Below, piece after piece: positions 21,778-32,235 of a DNA stretch of 64,000 bases. Source of the DNA: Bdellovibrionota bacterium (GTDB lineage Bacteria > Bdellovibrionota_G > JALEGL01 > DATDPG01); the NCBI GenBank assembly GCA_963668355.1, contig OY764265.1, forward strand, positions 1,120,001-1,184,000, in the 5' to 3' direction. Numbering within the stretch: position 1 is the stretch's first letter; each line of letters begins with the position of its first letter. Made by a program: the position numbers and the translations under genes. Under the pieces are notes generated by a model. The model saw only the letters and a list, made by a program, of their open reading frames with translations, was not told the DNA's origin and made no database searches.

Positions 21778-22251
21778 TTAGGCGTGGGCATCGCCTCCGC
21801 GCTTGTTTTCACTGCTGTTGCTGCTTGGGGATGATGTTTCTTTCTTGATCGGCTGAGGTGTGGCCGTCTTGTGACCGGTTTTTTCCATGATGCAGCTTCC
21901 TTCGAAAGTCACACCGTCTTCGATCACCAAAGAGGCCGTTTGAAGATTGCCTTGCACAACCGCTGGAGCGTGAAGTTCAATTTTATTTTTGGCCGTGATG
22001 TTTCCTTTGACTTCCCCACTCACAGAAATGGAGCCAACCTGAATGTCGGCGTCGACTTTTCCGCTTTCACCTACAACGAGCATGGCGTCGCTTTTAATTT
22101 CTCCCTTAAAGCGCCCGTCAATTCGAACCGTTCCTTCAAACGTAAGCTTTCCTTCAAACTCACTTCCTCGATCCAAAATGGCATTGAAGCCACCGGATGC
22201 CGTTGGAGTTGTCGAAGCAGAAGTCGGTACGTCGCCTTTTAATAGTCCCAT
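21778..22251 (-). CDS. Bactofilin (polymer-forming cytoskeletal protein)
   Basis: GSEFEGKLTFEGTVRIDGRFKGEI...IEDGVTFEGSC; ATG at 22251 has an AAGGAG RBS. Confidence 0.92.
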   Translation of the reverse strand: MGLLKGDVPTSASTTPTASGGFNAILDRGSEFEGKLTFEGTVRIDGRFKGEIKSDAMLVVGESGKVDADIQVGSISVSGEVKGNITAKNKIELHAPAVVQGNLQTASLVIEDGVTFEGSCIMEKTGHKTATPQPIKKETSSPSSNSSENKRGGDAHA

Positions 22252-22612
22252 GTTGATCTCCTTAAGTCGAAGTATGCCCCGCAACGGCCTTTCTGCATTC
22301 GCCCGATTTTCAAACTCCATACTGTCGGCAAAAATGACCGCGGGTCGGCTGTAGGTAATGAATTGAGGTGAAACTGTCAAGCGTTGGCTCAACAAGAATT
22401 ATTTACTAAGTATTCGAAATCATGGGGGAGGGTTCCGGCCCCTTCAAACCGGCTGGCTGCGGCGTGCGCCCCCCCAACTCGTCTTCCGCCCGCCCTTTTC
22501 GGGCCGATGGAAGGCCACCTTTAAAAACGTGGGCCCTTCATTAAACCGCTCGGGTTCACGAAACCGGCTTTGCCTGAACATCTAACCTCTTGAAACTGTT
22601 GTTCTTTTTGCT

Positions 22613-23521
22613 TTAGCGTGGGGGTCGAAGCAGCCGGTCGCTCAAGCGGGCAAGTTCTTCGGAGGAGAAAAATTTGATCCGAATTTCTCCGCCCTTTCCT
22701 TTGGAGTTGATTTCAACGCGTGTTCCCAGCGTCCGTTGCAGCTCGTCCGCAATGTGTCGAAGGTTGGTGTTCCCTGAAACTCGGTCTGCCACGCGACGTG
22801 CTTTCGGCCCGTTGGCCATGGCGCGGACCAACGCCTCGACTTTTCTCACCGAAAGGCCCTCTTTTTCGATCCTCTGGGCCATGACTTCTTGGCGGCGACC
22901 CTTTTCCAACATCAACAAGGCTCGTGCGTGTCCGGCAGACAAAACGCCGACAGACAACATTTCTTGGACGGTTGATGGAAGCTGCAGAAGACGAAGCAGG
23001 TTGGTGACAGTGCTTCGCTCCTTTCCAACACGCTTGGCAATTTCGTCCTGTGTTAACCCAAATTCGTGGGCCAATCGCTGAAGCCCCTTGGCTTCTTCAA
23101 TGGGGTTAAGATTTTCACGCTGCAGGTTCTCAATGAGAGCCAGCTCAAGTCGCTCTTGATCTTTGGAGCCTTTTCGCAAAAAAACCGGAACTTCGTTCAA
23201 CCCGGCTTTTTCGGCTGCTCGAAGGCGACGCTCTCCGGCAATCAATTCAAAACCCGAGCCCAGGGGCCGAACGAGAAGAGGCTGCAAAACACCATGTGTG
23301 GCAATGGAGGCGGATAGTTCTTCCAAGGCTTTTTCAGAAAATCGTCTTCGGGGCTGGTGCGGGTTCGGACGAATGTCAGCCAGAGAAACCTGAAGAGGTT
23401 CCCCGGCGGGCGCACCTTCCGAGACAGAAAAGGATTCAGAGTTCGCTTGAGGTTTCTTTGGCAGCGGCGTTGAAATCAGTGACGAAATCCCCCGTCCCAA
23501 GACTTTCCTTCGATCGTTCAT
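22613..23521 (-). CDS. parB: Chromosome partition protein ParB
   Basis: N-terminal LGRG peptide, NPHQPR, AGERRLRA and ENLQRENL; ATG at 23521 with a GGAGG RBS. Confidence 0.96.
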   Translation of the reverse strand: MNDRRKVLGRGISSLISTPLPKKPQANSESFSVSEGAPAGEPLQVSLADIRPNPHQPRRRFSEKALEELSASIATHGVLQPLLVRPLGSGFELIAGERRLRAAEKAGLNEVPVFLRKGSKDQERLELALIENLQRENLNPIEEAKGLQRLAHEFGLTQDEIAKRVGKERSTVTNLLRLLQLPSTVQEMLSVGVLSAGHARALLMLEKGRRQEVMAQRIEKEGLSVRKVEALVRAMANGPKARRVADRVSGNTNLRHIADELQRTLGTRVEINSKGKGGEIRIKFFSSEELARLSDRLLRPPR

Positions 23522-24296
23522 ACGTTCCTCCACATCTGGCCAAAAATTCATTGGCCAAACGTAAATAATTTTGTGCTCCGTTGGAGCGAATATCGTACAG
23601 CAATATTGGTTTTCCAAAACTCGGTGCCTCAGAGAGACGAACGTTTCGCAATATTTTTGTTTCCCATACTTTTTCTGGGAAATGCTGTTCGACTTCGTTG
23701 GCCACTTGATGCGAAAGACGATTGCGACGATCAAACATCGTGAGCACAATGCCTTCCAACTCCAGGTTAGGATTCAATTGATTTCGTACCAACTCCATTG
23801 TTCCCATGAGTCGGCTTAGGCCCTCCATGGCATAGTACTCCGCTTGGAGTGGAACCAACACGCCATGGGCGGCGCAAAAGGCATTTAACGTGAGAAGCCC
23901 CAAGGATGGAGGCGTATCGATTAAAATTACGTCGAACGTTTCTCGAAGAGGTTCCAAGGCCTTGGACAAAATCCACTCTCGCTCTTCCAACTCCAGGCCT
24001 TCGATTTCAAAACCGATGAGGTCTCCCGTAGAAGGAATGACTTTCAAAGTTTCGATTTCCGTGGGCCACACAACGTCACTGATTGCAGCTTGGCCCAGAA
24101 GAAAATGATAGACTTGTCGTTCTTCGACTTCCTGAAGCGGTAAACCCAAACCACTCGATGCGTTGGCTTGAGGATCCATATCCACCACAAGGACTTTTTT
24201 CTCCGCGACCGCTAAGGATGCAGCAAGATTTACGGCTGTGGTTGTTTTTCCTACGCCACCTTTTTGATTGGCAATCGCAATTATTTTGGCCGACAT
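23436..24296 (-). CDS. parA: Chromosome partition ATPase ParA/Soj
   Basis: NQKGGVGKTT, DMDPQAN, DTPPSLG and NVRLSEAPSFG. Confidence 0.97.
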   Translation of the reverse strand: MSAKIIAIANQKGGVGKTTTAVNLAASLAVAEKKVLVVDMDPQANASSGLGLPLQEVEERQVYHFLLGQAAISDVVWPTEIETLKVIPSTGDLIGFEIEGLELEEREWILSKALEPLRETFDVILIDTPPSLGLLTLNAFCAAHGVLVPLQAEYYAMEGLSRLMGTMELVRNQLNPNLELEGIVLTMFDRRNRLSHQVANEVEQHFPEKVWETKILRNVRLSEAPSFGKPILLYDIRSNGAQNYLRLANEFLARCGGTYERSKESLGTGDFVTDFNAAAKETSSEL

Positions 24297-24716
24297 TTAT
24301 CTGCTTCCTTTTTCACGTTCGCGCGTCAGTGCGTTTTCCAAAATCCGAACATACCCCTCAAGTTCTGAAACTTCGATGTTGCGTTGCTTTAATGCATTCT
24401 CTTTTTCTTTCAATCGAAGATCTTTTTCCGCCATTAGTTTGTCGTGCATCATTAAGTAGTGATGCAGAGCTTTGCTGCTAAAATCCAAAAGCCCCTGAAG
24501 GCTCGAGGGCGTTTGACCCGACGCCGTTTCTGGAAAATCAAAAGAAGAGGCTGCAACGGCTGAGGTCATGGGTTCAGATCTTTCATCCTCTTCAAACACG
24601 TACCAACTGCGCCCAAATTTCCGTCCGTAAAGCCGACCCCTTTGAACATTCCTTCGAATGGTAGAGGCTGCCTGGCCGGTCTTTTCGGAATACTCTCTTA
24701 TGGAACACCAACTCAT
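24297..24716 (-). CDS. Hypothetical DNA-binding protein: excisionase/MerR-like HTH plus C-terminal coiled coil
   Basis: SIREYSEKTGQAASTIRRNVQRGRLYGRKFGRSWYV; C-terminal heptads LRLKEKENALKQRNIEVSELEGYVRILE; abuts parA. Confidence 0.75.
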   Translation of the reverse strand: MSWCSIREYSEKTGQAASTIRRNVQRGRLYGRKFGRSWYVFEEDERSEPMTSAVAASSFDFPETASGQTPSSLQGLLDFSSKALHHYLMMHDKLMAEKDLRLKEKENALKQRNIEVSELEGYVRILENALTREREKGSR

Positions 24717-24728
24717 CGCTCATGTTGT

Positions 24729-26654
24729 TTATATCTGAGCGCTACGTGGCGCGCCATTCTTTTTTTCTTCTTTGGTTTCAGCGGGTTGTTCTTTTTTTCT
24801 TGAACGATACTTGCGCAGATAAACGCTCAAAACGCCGATGGCTGCGGGCGTGACGCCCGACACGCGAGAGGCCTGCCCGAGCGTTCTAGGTTGGACCTCC
24901 ATGAGCTTTTCTCTCACCTCGTTGGATAGATTTGGGACTTCTAAAAAAGAGAAGCCTTCTGGAAAAACTTCGCCTTCCTCCCGACGCGTTCGCTCGAAAT
25001 CACCTTTTGCCCGCTCAATATAGCCGGCGTACTTCAAACCAATCTCCACCTGCTCTCCGACCTCCGACGACACACCATTTATGCTCGCACCGAATTCTTG
25101 GAGATCGACAAACTTTACCTCGGGTCTTTTCAGAAAGTCCGCCAAGGTCGTGGGCTTTTTCAGCGTGGCCCATCCTTTTTGATTTAACTTGGCTTGTACC
25201 TCGGGCGCCGGCGTCAAGGCCGATGACGTCAAGAGATCTTGAATGCGCTCGATTTCGGCCATTTTGGATTCAAACGCCGTGTGGACCGATGACGAGATTA
25301 ACCCCAAGCTCCACCCATGTGGGTGGAGTCGTTGATCCGCATTGTCTTCTCGTAAATGCAGCCGATGCTCCGCGCGAGACGTGAACATGCGATAGGGCTC
25401 GCGCGTTCCCTTGGTCACCAGATCATCAATCAACACGCCAATATAAGCTTCTCCTCGAAGCAAGACAAAGGGATCGGCCCCCCCAAGCAATCGGACCGCG
25501 TTCACCCCCGCCATGAGACCCTGTGCAGCGGCTTCCTCATATCCGGTGGTGCCGTTGATTTGACCCGCAAAAAACAAACCTGGAACCTTTTTCGTTTCCA
25601 ACCAAGGCCGGAGCTCCGTCGGATCTACATAGTCATACTCAATGGCATATCCCGGTCGCATGATTTCAACCTGCTCCAGGCCAGCAATCGTTCGAAGAAA
25701 TTCCAGCTGTACGCGATGGGGCAAGGAGTTTGAAAGTCCGTTTGGATAAAATTCGCGGGTCTCAAGTCCCTCCGGCTCCAGAAAAACTTGGTGTCTTTCT
25801 TTGTCTGCAAAGCGAACGATTTTGGTTTCGATGCTTGGACAATAACGCGGGCCCGCGCCGCAGATCTCTCCGCCGTACATGGAGGATTCCTTAAGATTTC
25901 GCGCAATCACCTCATGGGTCTTTTCGTTCGTATATGTAATGAAGCAGGAGACCTGTCTTTGTCGGGGCAGGTGATGGAAAAACGAAAACCTTGGAATGGG
26001 GCTATCTCCTGACTGCTCTTCTAACTCTTTGAAATTAATTGTTTTTTCGTCGATTCGTGGGACCGTCCCGGTCTTCAATCGGCCCATTCGAAAGCCCCTC
26101 TCGGCCAAGCACCGACTCAGGCCAACGGAGGGTTCGTCGCCGGATCGTCCCGCAGGCTCTCGGTGTCGACCGATGTGGATCATGCCATTTAAGAAGGTTC
26201 CCGTTGTGAGAATGGTGGCCCCTGCACGAATCTCTTCTCCCAGCCCGGTTAAAACCCCAACACATTGATTTTGTTGGAAAATTAGCTCTTCCGCGTGGCC
26301 TTGTTTCACGTGAAGCATCGGCTCCGACTCCACGGCTGCTTTCATATAGCGACTATATAATTGCTTGTCGGCCTGCGCCCTGGAGGAGCGAACTGCTGGG
26401 CCCTTACGCATATTGAGCCTTCTAAATTGAATCCCCGTCGCATCGATGGCCTTTCCCATTTCTCCGCCCAAGGCATCCACTTCCTTGACCAATTGGCCCT
26501 TGGCCAGACCACCAATCGCGGGATTACAGGACATGTGGCCGATTCGATCCAAGTTCGTGCTCAGCAAGCACACTCTGGCCCCTATCCGGGCCGCGGCCAA
26601 AGAAGCCTCAATGCCCGCATGTCCTCCGCCAATCACTAAAACATCGTATGTCAT
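24729..26654 (-). CDS. mnmG: tRNA uridine-5-carboxymethylaminomethyl synthesis enzyme MnmG (GidA)
   Basis: [24 protein letters not shown] and [19 protein letters not shown] at 26654 overlaps the upstream stop (ATGA). Confidence 0.97.
   Translation of the reverse strand: MTYDVLVIGGGHAGIEASLAAARIGARVCLLSTNLDRIGHMSCNPAIGGLAKGQLVKEVDALGGEMGKAIDATGIQFRRLNMRKGPAVRSSRAQADKQLYSRYMKAAVESEPMLHVKQGHAEELIFQQNQCVGVLTGLGEEIRAGATILTTGTFLNGMIHIGRHREPAGRSGDEPSVGLSRCLAERGFRMGRLKTGTVPRIDEKTINFKELEEQSGDSPIPRFSFFHHLPRQRQVSCFITYTNEKTHEVIARNLKESSMYGGEICGAGPRYCPSIETKIVRFADKERHQVFLEPEGLETREFYPNGLSNSLPHRVQLEFLRTIAGLEQVEIMRPGYAIEYDYVDPTELRPWLETKKVPGLFFAGQINGTTGYEEAAAQGLMAGVNAVRLLGGADPFVLLRGEAYIGVLIDDLVTKGTREPYRMFTSRAEHRLHLREDNADQRLHPHGWSLGLISSSVHTAFESKMAEIERIQDLLTSSALTPAPEVQAKLNQKGWATLKKPTTLADFLKRPEVKFVDLQEFGASINGVSSEVGEQVEIGLKYAGYIERAKGDFERTRREEGEVFPEGFSFLEVPNLSNEVREKLMEVQPRTLGQASRVSGVTPAAIGVLSVYLRKYRSRKKEQPAETKEEKKNGAPRSAQI
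26302..26317. promoter_or_regulatory. parS site (inside mnmG)
   Basis: TGTTTCACGTGAAGCA, 15/16 to the consensus TGTTTCACGTGAAACA. Confidence 0.75.
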
Positions 26655-27394
26655 CGAATCCTGGATTTTGCCTTGTAGTATTTCTTTCGTACAGCCACGG
26701 CTGGGTAGACCATGCACTCCGGAGCCAAAAGAACGCCTGGGTTTAACACAGAATTGCAGCCCGTTTCCACCCGGTCTCCGATGATGGCCCCCATTTTTCG
26801 CAGGCCGGTATGTATCACAGAATCTTGGATTCGCAAGACCACCTCGTCATTTGTCATTTTAAGATTCGATACCTTGGTCCCTGCGCCCAAATTGACGCCG
26901 TTTCCCAGAATGGAGTCCCCCACGTAGGCAAAGTGCGCGGCCTTAGCTTCATTCAGGAAAATGGAACTTTTGACTTCGGTCGCATGACCAATGACCGCAC
27001 CTCTTCCCGTGATGACACCCCCTCGGATATAGGCCCCATGACGAACCGTGGTCTTGGGCCCCAAGATCGTAGGACCTGTAACATAGGCTCCTGGCTCAAT
27101 TTCAACCCCCTCTCGAAGCTCAATGTCGTTGCCCACCAAATAGCTTCCCGAACGAACCCAGGCTTCGCCCTTCAGGCATTTCACCCTCTGCGTTTCGGTG
27201 ACAAAGCCGTCCTCGCTTCGAGAAACGCCCTCAACGTTTGCCTTCATCCGGTTTTGAATCCAAGCCTCTTTCCGCTTAGAAGCCAAAAGCTCCCAAGGAA
27301 ACTCGGCCTCTTGAAAAAAGTCTGAAAACCACACCTCTTCCAGAGAAAAGAAGTGTTCCGCACCCAATGTTTCACGTGAAACCATTTTCTTCAC
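26651..27394 (-). CDS. Stand-alone hexapeptide-repeat acyltransferase resembling the archaeal-type GlmU acetyltransferase domain
   Basis: [35 protein letters not shown] and GCNSVLNPG; no nucleotidyltransferase domain. Confidence 0.82.
   Translation of the reverse strand: MKKMVSRETLGAEHFFSLEEVWFSDFFQEAEFPWELLASKRKEAWIQNRMKANVEGVSRSEDGFVTETQRVKCLKGEAWVRSGSYLVGNDIELREGVEIEPGAYVTGPTILGPKTTVRHGAYIRGGVITGRGAVIGHATEVKSSIFLNEAKAAHFAYVGDSILGNGVNLGAGTKVSNLKMTNDEVVLRIQDSVIHTGLRKMGAIIGDRVETGCNSVLNPGVLLAPECMVYPAVAVRKKYYKAKSRIR
27368..27383. promoter_or_regulatory. parS site
   Basis: TGTTTCACGTGAAACC, 15/16 to consensus; read as VSRET at the N-terminus of the acyltransferase. Confidence 0.85.
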
Positions 27395-27398
27395 CTTC

Positions 27399-28763
27399 CT
27401 ATTTTCCTATGCAAAATCGAGAAAACACCTCGTCCAAAACCGCCTCGGAGCTTTCTTTGGATCCCAAGATCTCCGTGACCCTCCTCAAAGCCTCCTGCAA
27501 TTCAAACGCAACAAATTCACTCGATGCCTGTTCAGAAATCCGTTTTTCGGCCCTTTGAATGGCCTCCTGGGCTTTCGCTAAACACTCGATGTGTCGGCTA
27601 TTGCTAACCCCCCCACAGCTTTCTTCCGGCATCGCCTGGGTCACCCGTTTGGCCAGCTCTTGTTTCAACTCTGATAGGCCCGATCCTGTTTTGGCCGAGA
27701 CAAACGTCGCCTCTCCTTTGGGGCTTCCCGCCTCGGCCAGATCGGCTTTGTTCCAAACTCGAAGAAACTCCCTTCCTTGAAGGGCCGCCTCTATTTGTTG
27801 GTCTTCAGGCCTCGTCCCTTCGTGCGCATCCAGAATGAGGAGTGTTAAATCTGCCTCGGCGGCTTCTTGCCTCGATCGCGCGACGCCCACCCCCTCAATG
27901 GGATCCTGGCTTTCCTCTCGAATCCCCGCTGTGTCGATCAGGCGAACCGAACGCCCCAAAATCTGGATCTCCTCTCTCAAAACATCCCGTGTTGTTCCTG
28001 GAACAGAGGTGACAATGGCGCGATCGCTCTCGAGCAAACGATTAAACAAAGACGATTTTCCCACGTTCGGCCGACCGACCAAAACGATTCGAAAACCGGA
28101 AGAGAGGCGCTGGCTCACATCGTACGATGCCTGCGAATCTCTTATAAGTAGTTGAATTTGCTTGATTTTTTCTTTCTTTTGAGTTTCTGAAATGAGATCC
28201 AGGTTTTCGTCTGAAAAGTCGATTTCGGCTTCGATTTCAGCCAAAAGCCCTACGAGAAGAGTCCGAAGCTTCTCCATTTGAGAAGAAAGGCCTCCCTGGA
28301 GGCGTCTTCTGGCCGCGGTAGCCTCGAGTGAGCTGTTGGCTTCAATGAGTTCGGCCACGGCTTCTGCTTGAACGAGATCCAGCTTTCCATTCAAAAAAGC
28401 ACGCTGCGTAAATTCGCCGCCACGAGCTAGGCGAGCGCCTTCCTTTAAACAGCGAGAGACGATCGAATCCAAGACCACGGGGGAACCATGGCCATAAAAC
28501 TCAACGGAGTCTTCCCCTGTGTAAGAGCGGGGCTGGGTAAAGTGAACGAGGTATCCCTCGTCAATCATCTCTCCCCCCTCGTCCACCACGTGTCCAAAAA
28601 TGAGTTTCTGTGGTTCGGGCGTTTCTCCGGAGACGTTTCTTCGCGATCGAAACACACGCTCGGCAATCCGATGAGCCTCCTGACCTGACAAACGAACCAC
28701 GCCGATGCCTCCTCTTCCTGGGGCAGAGGCTATGGCCACAATCGTATCTTGGCTCCCAATCAC
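27399..28763 (-). CDS. mnmE: tRNA modification GTPase MnmE (TrmE)
   Basis: SYTGED, GRPNVGKS, PGTTRD, DTAG and C-terminal FCIGK. Confidence 0.97.
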   Translation of the reverse strand: MIGSQDTIVAIASAPGRGGIGVVRLSGQEAHRIAERVFRSRRNVSGETPEPQKLIFGHVVDEGGEMIDEGYLVHFTQPRSYTGEDSVEFYGHGSPVVLDSIVSRCLKEGARLARGGEFTQRAFLNGKLDLVQAEAVAELIEANSSLEATAARRRLQGGLSSQMEKLRTLLVGLLAEIEAEIDFSDENLDLISETQKKEKIKQIQLLIRDSQASYDVSQRLSSGFRIVLVGRPNVGKSSLFNRLLESDRAIVTSVPGTTRDVLREEIQILGRSVRLIDTAGIREESQDPIEGVGVARSRQEAAEADLTLLILDAHEGTRPEDQQIEAALQGREFLRVWNKADLAEAGSPKGEATFVSAKTGSGLSELKQELAKRVTQAMPEESCGGVSNSRHIECLAKAQEAIQRAEKRISEQASSEFVAFELQEALRRVTEILGSKESSEAVLDEVFSRFCIGK

Positions 28764-28865
28764 GCCCGCTCTTTACCCTCTTTTCTGGGAGAAGAAAACT
28801 CCAAGAAAACGTCCTTCCAAAAGCGAACGGAAGCGCTCTTTACGACTTAAAGACTTGATTCGATG

Positions 28866-29744
28866 TTATTCTTCGGAACCGTCGTATTCAACGGGCGTAT
28901 CTTGGCGATCGGCCAAGACCGGTGCATCTGGATCTTCAGAAAAAAGCTCAAAGCCCGGCTCGGGTGGAGCATCGAAGGAGTCTGTCATGCGACCACTGAT
29001 CACATTCCCATCCTTGCGATTTCCGTTTCGGTTCCCATTGTTCCCGCCGCGTCTTCGATGGTCGCTTCGACGATTGTCATTTCTTCTTCCGCCTCTACGC
29101 CCTCGACCGCCTTGATCACTTCGTCCTCGTTTGGGATACACCACGACTTTTCGTTCAGGACCTTGGCCCACGCTCTTGGTCGTTACATGGGGATGATCTA
29201 CCAAAGCCATGTGAATGATTCTTCTTTCCAAGGCGTTCATGGGCCCCGCGCCGGCAGGTCGTCGTTCCTTGCGCGCGCGATCGGCAAGTTTGTGTGCCAA
29301 GTCTTCCAACGACTCTTTTCGTCTCGCGCGATAATTTTCCGCGTCCAACGTCAGTCGCTTTCCTTCCTTGCGATCCAGGCCCAACATTTTTCCAACCAAA
29401 TGCTGAAGGGCTTGAAGGGTGTTTCCATGTTTTCCAATCAATAGCCCTGCATTGTCTCCGATGATTTCCAATTGGACTTCAGACTCATCTTCGACCAAAT
29501 CCACCTGAGTTTCCTCGTCAATGTGGCGAACAATGTTTTCCAAAATCTCTTTGGCTTCCGCGCCAACGTTGGTTTGAACTTCTTCAACCTCTTCTTCTTC
29601 TCGTTTGCGCGCTCGAATCTTAGTTGTTTTTCCCTCGTCGAGCGTTTCAAAAAACAAATAACTTCGTGTTGTGTTCAAGGCATTGCAAGCACGTTCGATC
29701 GCTTCATCTTTATTGCTTCCTTCGATCTCGATCCACTCTTCCAT
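28866..29744 (-). CDS. jag: RNA-binding protein Jag/KhpB/EloR (Jag_N, KH, R3H)
   Basis: LIGKHGNTLQALQ (KH), ERRIIH (R3H) and SVGQGPERKV. Confidence 0.9.
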   Translation of the reverse strand: MEEWIEIEGSNKDEAIERACNALNTTRSYLFFETLDEGKTTKIRARKREEEEVEEVQTNVGAEAKEILENIVRHIDEETQVDLVEDESEVQLEIIGDNAGLLIGKHGNTLQALQHLVGKMLGLDRKEGKRLTLDAENYRARRKESLEDLAHKLADRARKERRPAGAGPMNALERRIIHMALVDHPHVTTKSVGQGPERKVVVYPKRGRSDQGGRGRRGGRRNDNRRSDHRRRGGNNGNRNGNRKDGNVISGRMTDSFDAPPEPGFELFSEDPDAPVLADRQDTPVEYDGSEE

Positions 29745-29767
29745 GTCTTTTTCCTTTGTTATTGCGG

Positions 29768-31435
29768 TCAAGCACTCGCCGTCATCTTTGGCTTAGATCC
29801 GATGGTCGGCGTTGCTTTCCGTTGAATCAACCATTGCTGCACAATCCCCCAAAGCGTGCTGACGAAAATATAAAGATTCAATCCAGCCGGGAGCATTACC
29901 ATAAGTCCAGCAAACATCACAGGCATCAGTTTCATGATTTTTTGCTGTGCGGGATCGGCTCCGGGTGTTGGGGTTAGTTGTTGCTGAAGAAACATCACCA
30001 CCCCTAAAAGCACAGGTAAAATAAAGTACGGGTCGTGCTCAGAAAGGTCGTGAATCCAGCCCACAAACGGGGCATGTCGAAGCTCAATCGAATTGTACAA
30101 CACACGATAGAGCGCAAAGAAAATGGGCATTTGAGGAAGAATCAGCAGACACCCGCCCATGGGATTCACCTTATGGGTGCGCATATACGTCATCATTTCC
30201 CGCTGATATCTTTCCTTGTCGTCCGCATACTTCTCGCGCAGCGCATCCAGCTGCGGTTTATGCTCCTGCATCTTCTTCATGGAGCGGGCTTGCATTTGCG
30301 TAAGCGGGAACATCAGCAGCCTGACCAGAACGGTCAGCAAAATGATGGCCACCCCGTAATTGGGAATATGGCTGTGCAACCATCGCAAAAACAGGAGGAT
30401 TGGCCGGGCAATCGGCCCCAGCCAGTCGCCCAAGTCGATCGCGCGATCCAGGGTGCTTCCGGCGGAGCGCAGGAGGCCAATGTCTTTCGGTCCGGCAAAA
30501 AGGCTGATCTTCAGGCGCAGCTTCTCTCCGGACTTCACTTCCCTGGGCAAATACTTCATGGCCAGAGCCAGGGTGTCTGGTTGTTCGGGGTCTTCCTTGG
30601 ACGGAGTTCCTGTGGCGACAACCTCACTCCAGCGCCCTTCTTCGGGTTTCGCCGTAAGCAAAAAGTATCTGGAATCAAATCCTGCCCAGGCAATGTCTCC
30701 TTTGGGAATCTCTTCGTTTTCCAAAACTTCTTTGGGCTCAAGACGAACGGCTTTTTCGTTCACAAACGCCACGACATGAAAGGGATCTCCCGGATTAAAA
30801 AGCCCGCGGGCTTTTCCGCCCTTTCCGTTGGACTCAATATGAGCCGAAAGTTGAAGTTGTTGGGTTTGAGCCCCTTGATTTTCGATCTCCAACACATGCT
30901 CGATGGAATAGTTGTCTTCCGTCCACCGATAGGTCTTGCGAATGTTTAGACCTTCTGGCGTCTTCCGACGGAAAGCCACCTGCATTTCATCCCCTCGCTC
31001 AAATTGATAGACCGCCGACCCATCTTCATGCAGCGCTTGGTTGGATCGAATCGACCATTCGACCGGAGGGCTTCCACCGCCGCGAAAAGGAACCACCTTC
31101 ACCCGAGGTGAGTCGGATTTTTGCTCCACGGCGTACTCTTTTAACGACAAGGTTTCCAAGGCTCCGGCTCGGTTGGTCCAAACCATCTTGGCCAGCGGGG
31201 TTTCGCGTGTCTTTTTTTCGGCTGGTAGCGCTTTGGAGGTCTCCATGCCTACCGAGGGGGCGGGCGTAATCGAAGCGGTCGGAGGGGTGGGCGCCTCGCT
31301 CGAAACCACGCGCTCGGGTTGAGGCGCTGCGGGCTTCGATTGGGGCGCTGGCTTGGGAACAAAATACTCAAACCATATATAGATAAAGCCAATGATGAGT
31401 GCGATCGCAAGAAGCGAACGTTTTTGGTCGTCCAT
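29768..31435 (-). CDS. yidC: Membrane protein insertase YidC
   Basis: NYGVAIILLT, NPMGGCL, QMPIFFALY and ELRHAPF. Confidence 0.96.
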   Translation of the reverse strand: MDDQKRSLLAIALIIGFIYIWFEYFVPKPAPQSKPAAPQPERVVSSEAPTPPTASITPAPSVGMETSKALPAEKKTRETPLAKMVWTNRAGALETLSLKEYAVEQKSDSPRVKVVPFRGGGSPPVEWSIRSNQALHEDGSAVYQFERGDEMQVAFRRKTPEGLNIRKTYRWTEDNYSIEHVLEIENQGAQTQQLQLSAHIESNGKGGKARGLFNPGDPFHVVAFVNEKAVRLEPKEVLENEEIPKGDIAWAGFDSRYFLLTAKPEEGRWSEVVATGTPSKEDPEQPDTLALAMKYLPREVKSGEKLRLKISLFAGPKDIGLLRSAGSTLDRAIDLGDWLGPIARPILLFLRWLHSHIPNYGVAIILLTVLVRLLMFPLTQMQARSMKKMQEHKPQLDALREKYADDKERYQREMMTYMRTHKVNPMGGCLLILPQMPIFFALYRVLYNSIELRHAPFVGWIHDLSEHDPYFILPVLLGVVMFLQQQLTPTPGADPAQQKIMKLMPVMFAGLMVMLPAGLNLYIFVSTLWGIVQQWLIQRKATPTIGSKPKMTASA

Positions 31436-31437
31436 GC

Positions 31438-31650
31438 TTAGTTCTCCCTCGATCCATCCACAGGATCATACCCCCCAGGGTGAAGGGGGTGACATCTCAA
31501 AATTCGTCTCAGCGCCATCCAACTCCCTGAAAACAGGCCATGTTTTTCAATCGCTTCTTCCGCATAATGGGAGCAGCTAGGATAGAACCGGCAGCGCGGA
31601 CCCAGAAAGGGCGAAATTCCACGTCGATAAAGCTGAAAGAGCCATTTCAT
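31438..31650 (-). CDS. yidD: Membrane protein insertion efficiency factor YidD
   Basis: [10 protein letters not shown]...RILRCHP...GGYDPV. Confidence 0.93.
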   Translation of the reverse strand: MKWLFQLYRRGISPFLGPRCRFYPSCSHYAEEAIEKHGLFSGSWMALRRILRCHPLHPGGYDPVDGSREN

Positions 31651-32003
31651 CGAAGGGCCTTTTTCCACAAACGGGTGAGTTCTCCGGGAATCTCGTTGGG
31701 CGGGGGTCCTTGAACCGAGCGTTTGACCGTAACCACCCAATCATGGCGGTTAGTCAATTCTCCGCTCAGTTTCCGAAACCGTTCCCGAACCACACGTTTC
31801 CATCGGTTCCGAACCACGGCATTTCCTGTTTTTTTTGTCACGACCAAGCCCAAACGATCCACGCTGGAACCGTTGGGCAAATGCACGAGTAGCATGTGTC
31901 GGCTGTGGTGTCGCACACCCTTCGCCTGACACCGAAGAAAGTCCCCTCGCGCGCGCATCCGCGCGAAAGGGGGAAGCCCTTCCGCTTGTTTTCGTGTGGT
32001 CAC
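31647..32003 (-). CDS. rnpA: Ribonuclease P protein component
   Basis: RNR motif [14 protein letters not shown]. Confidence 0.93.
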   Translation of the reverse strand: MTTRKQAEGLPPFARMRARGDFLRCQAKGVRHHSRHMLLVHLPNGSSVDRLGLVVTKKTGNAVVRNRWKRVVRERFRKLSGELTNRHDWVVTVKRSVQGPPPNEIPGELTRLWKKALR

Positions 32004-32149
32004 TTTGCTGCAATTTGTACTGCAAGGCGTTTTCGACCCTTTTGTCGACGCTTTTGCAGGACTACCCGGCCGCCCTTGGAACTCTTTCGAGCTCTAAATC
32101 CATGGGTTCTTTTGCGGCTAACATTGCTTGGCTGATATGTTCGTTTCAC
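32000..32149 (-). CDS. rpmH: 50S ribosomal protein L34
   Basis: GTG start, then KRTYQPS...[10 protein letters not shown]...RRQKGRKRL. Confidence 0.96.
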   Translation of the reverse strand: MKRTYQPSNVSRKRTHGFRARKSSKGGRVVLQKRRQKGRKRLAVQIAAK

Positions 32150-32235
32150 AATCGCACCCCAAAAATGAAAAAAGTGTCGGTGTTTCAAACACATATCTAC
32201 AAGGGTGTCAAGCGCTCCACCAAGCCCCCCTCATG

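Noticed and set aside
24297..24716. Prophage excisionase or rsmG
   Set aside because: No integrase or phage genes nearby and no methyltransferase motifs.
30035..30949. 304-aa antisense ORF, and similar shadow ORFs throughout the window
   Set aside because: Antisense to well-conserved genes such as yidC; explained by codon bias.
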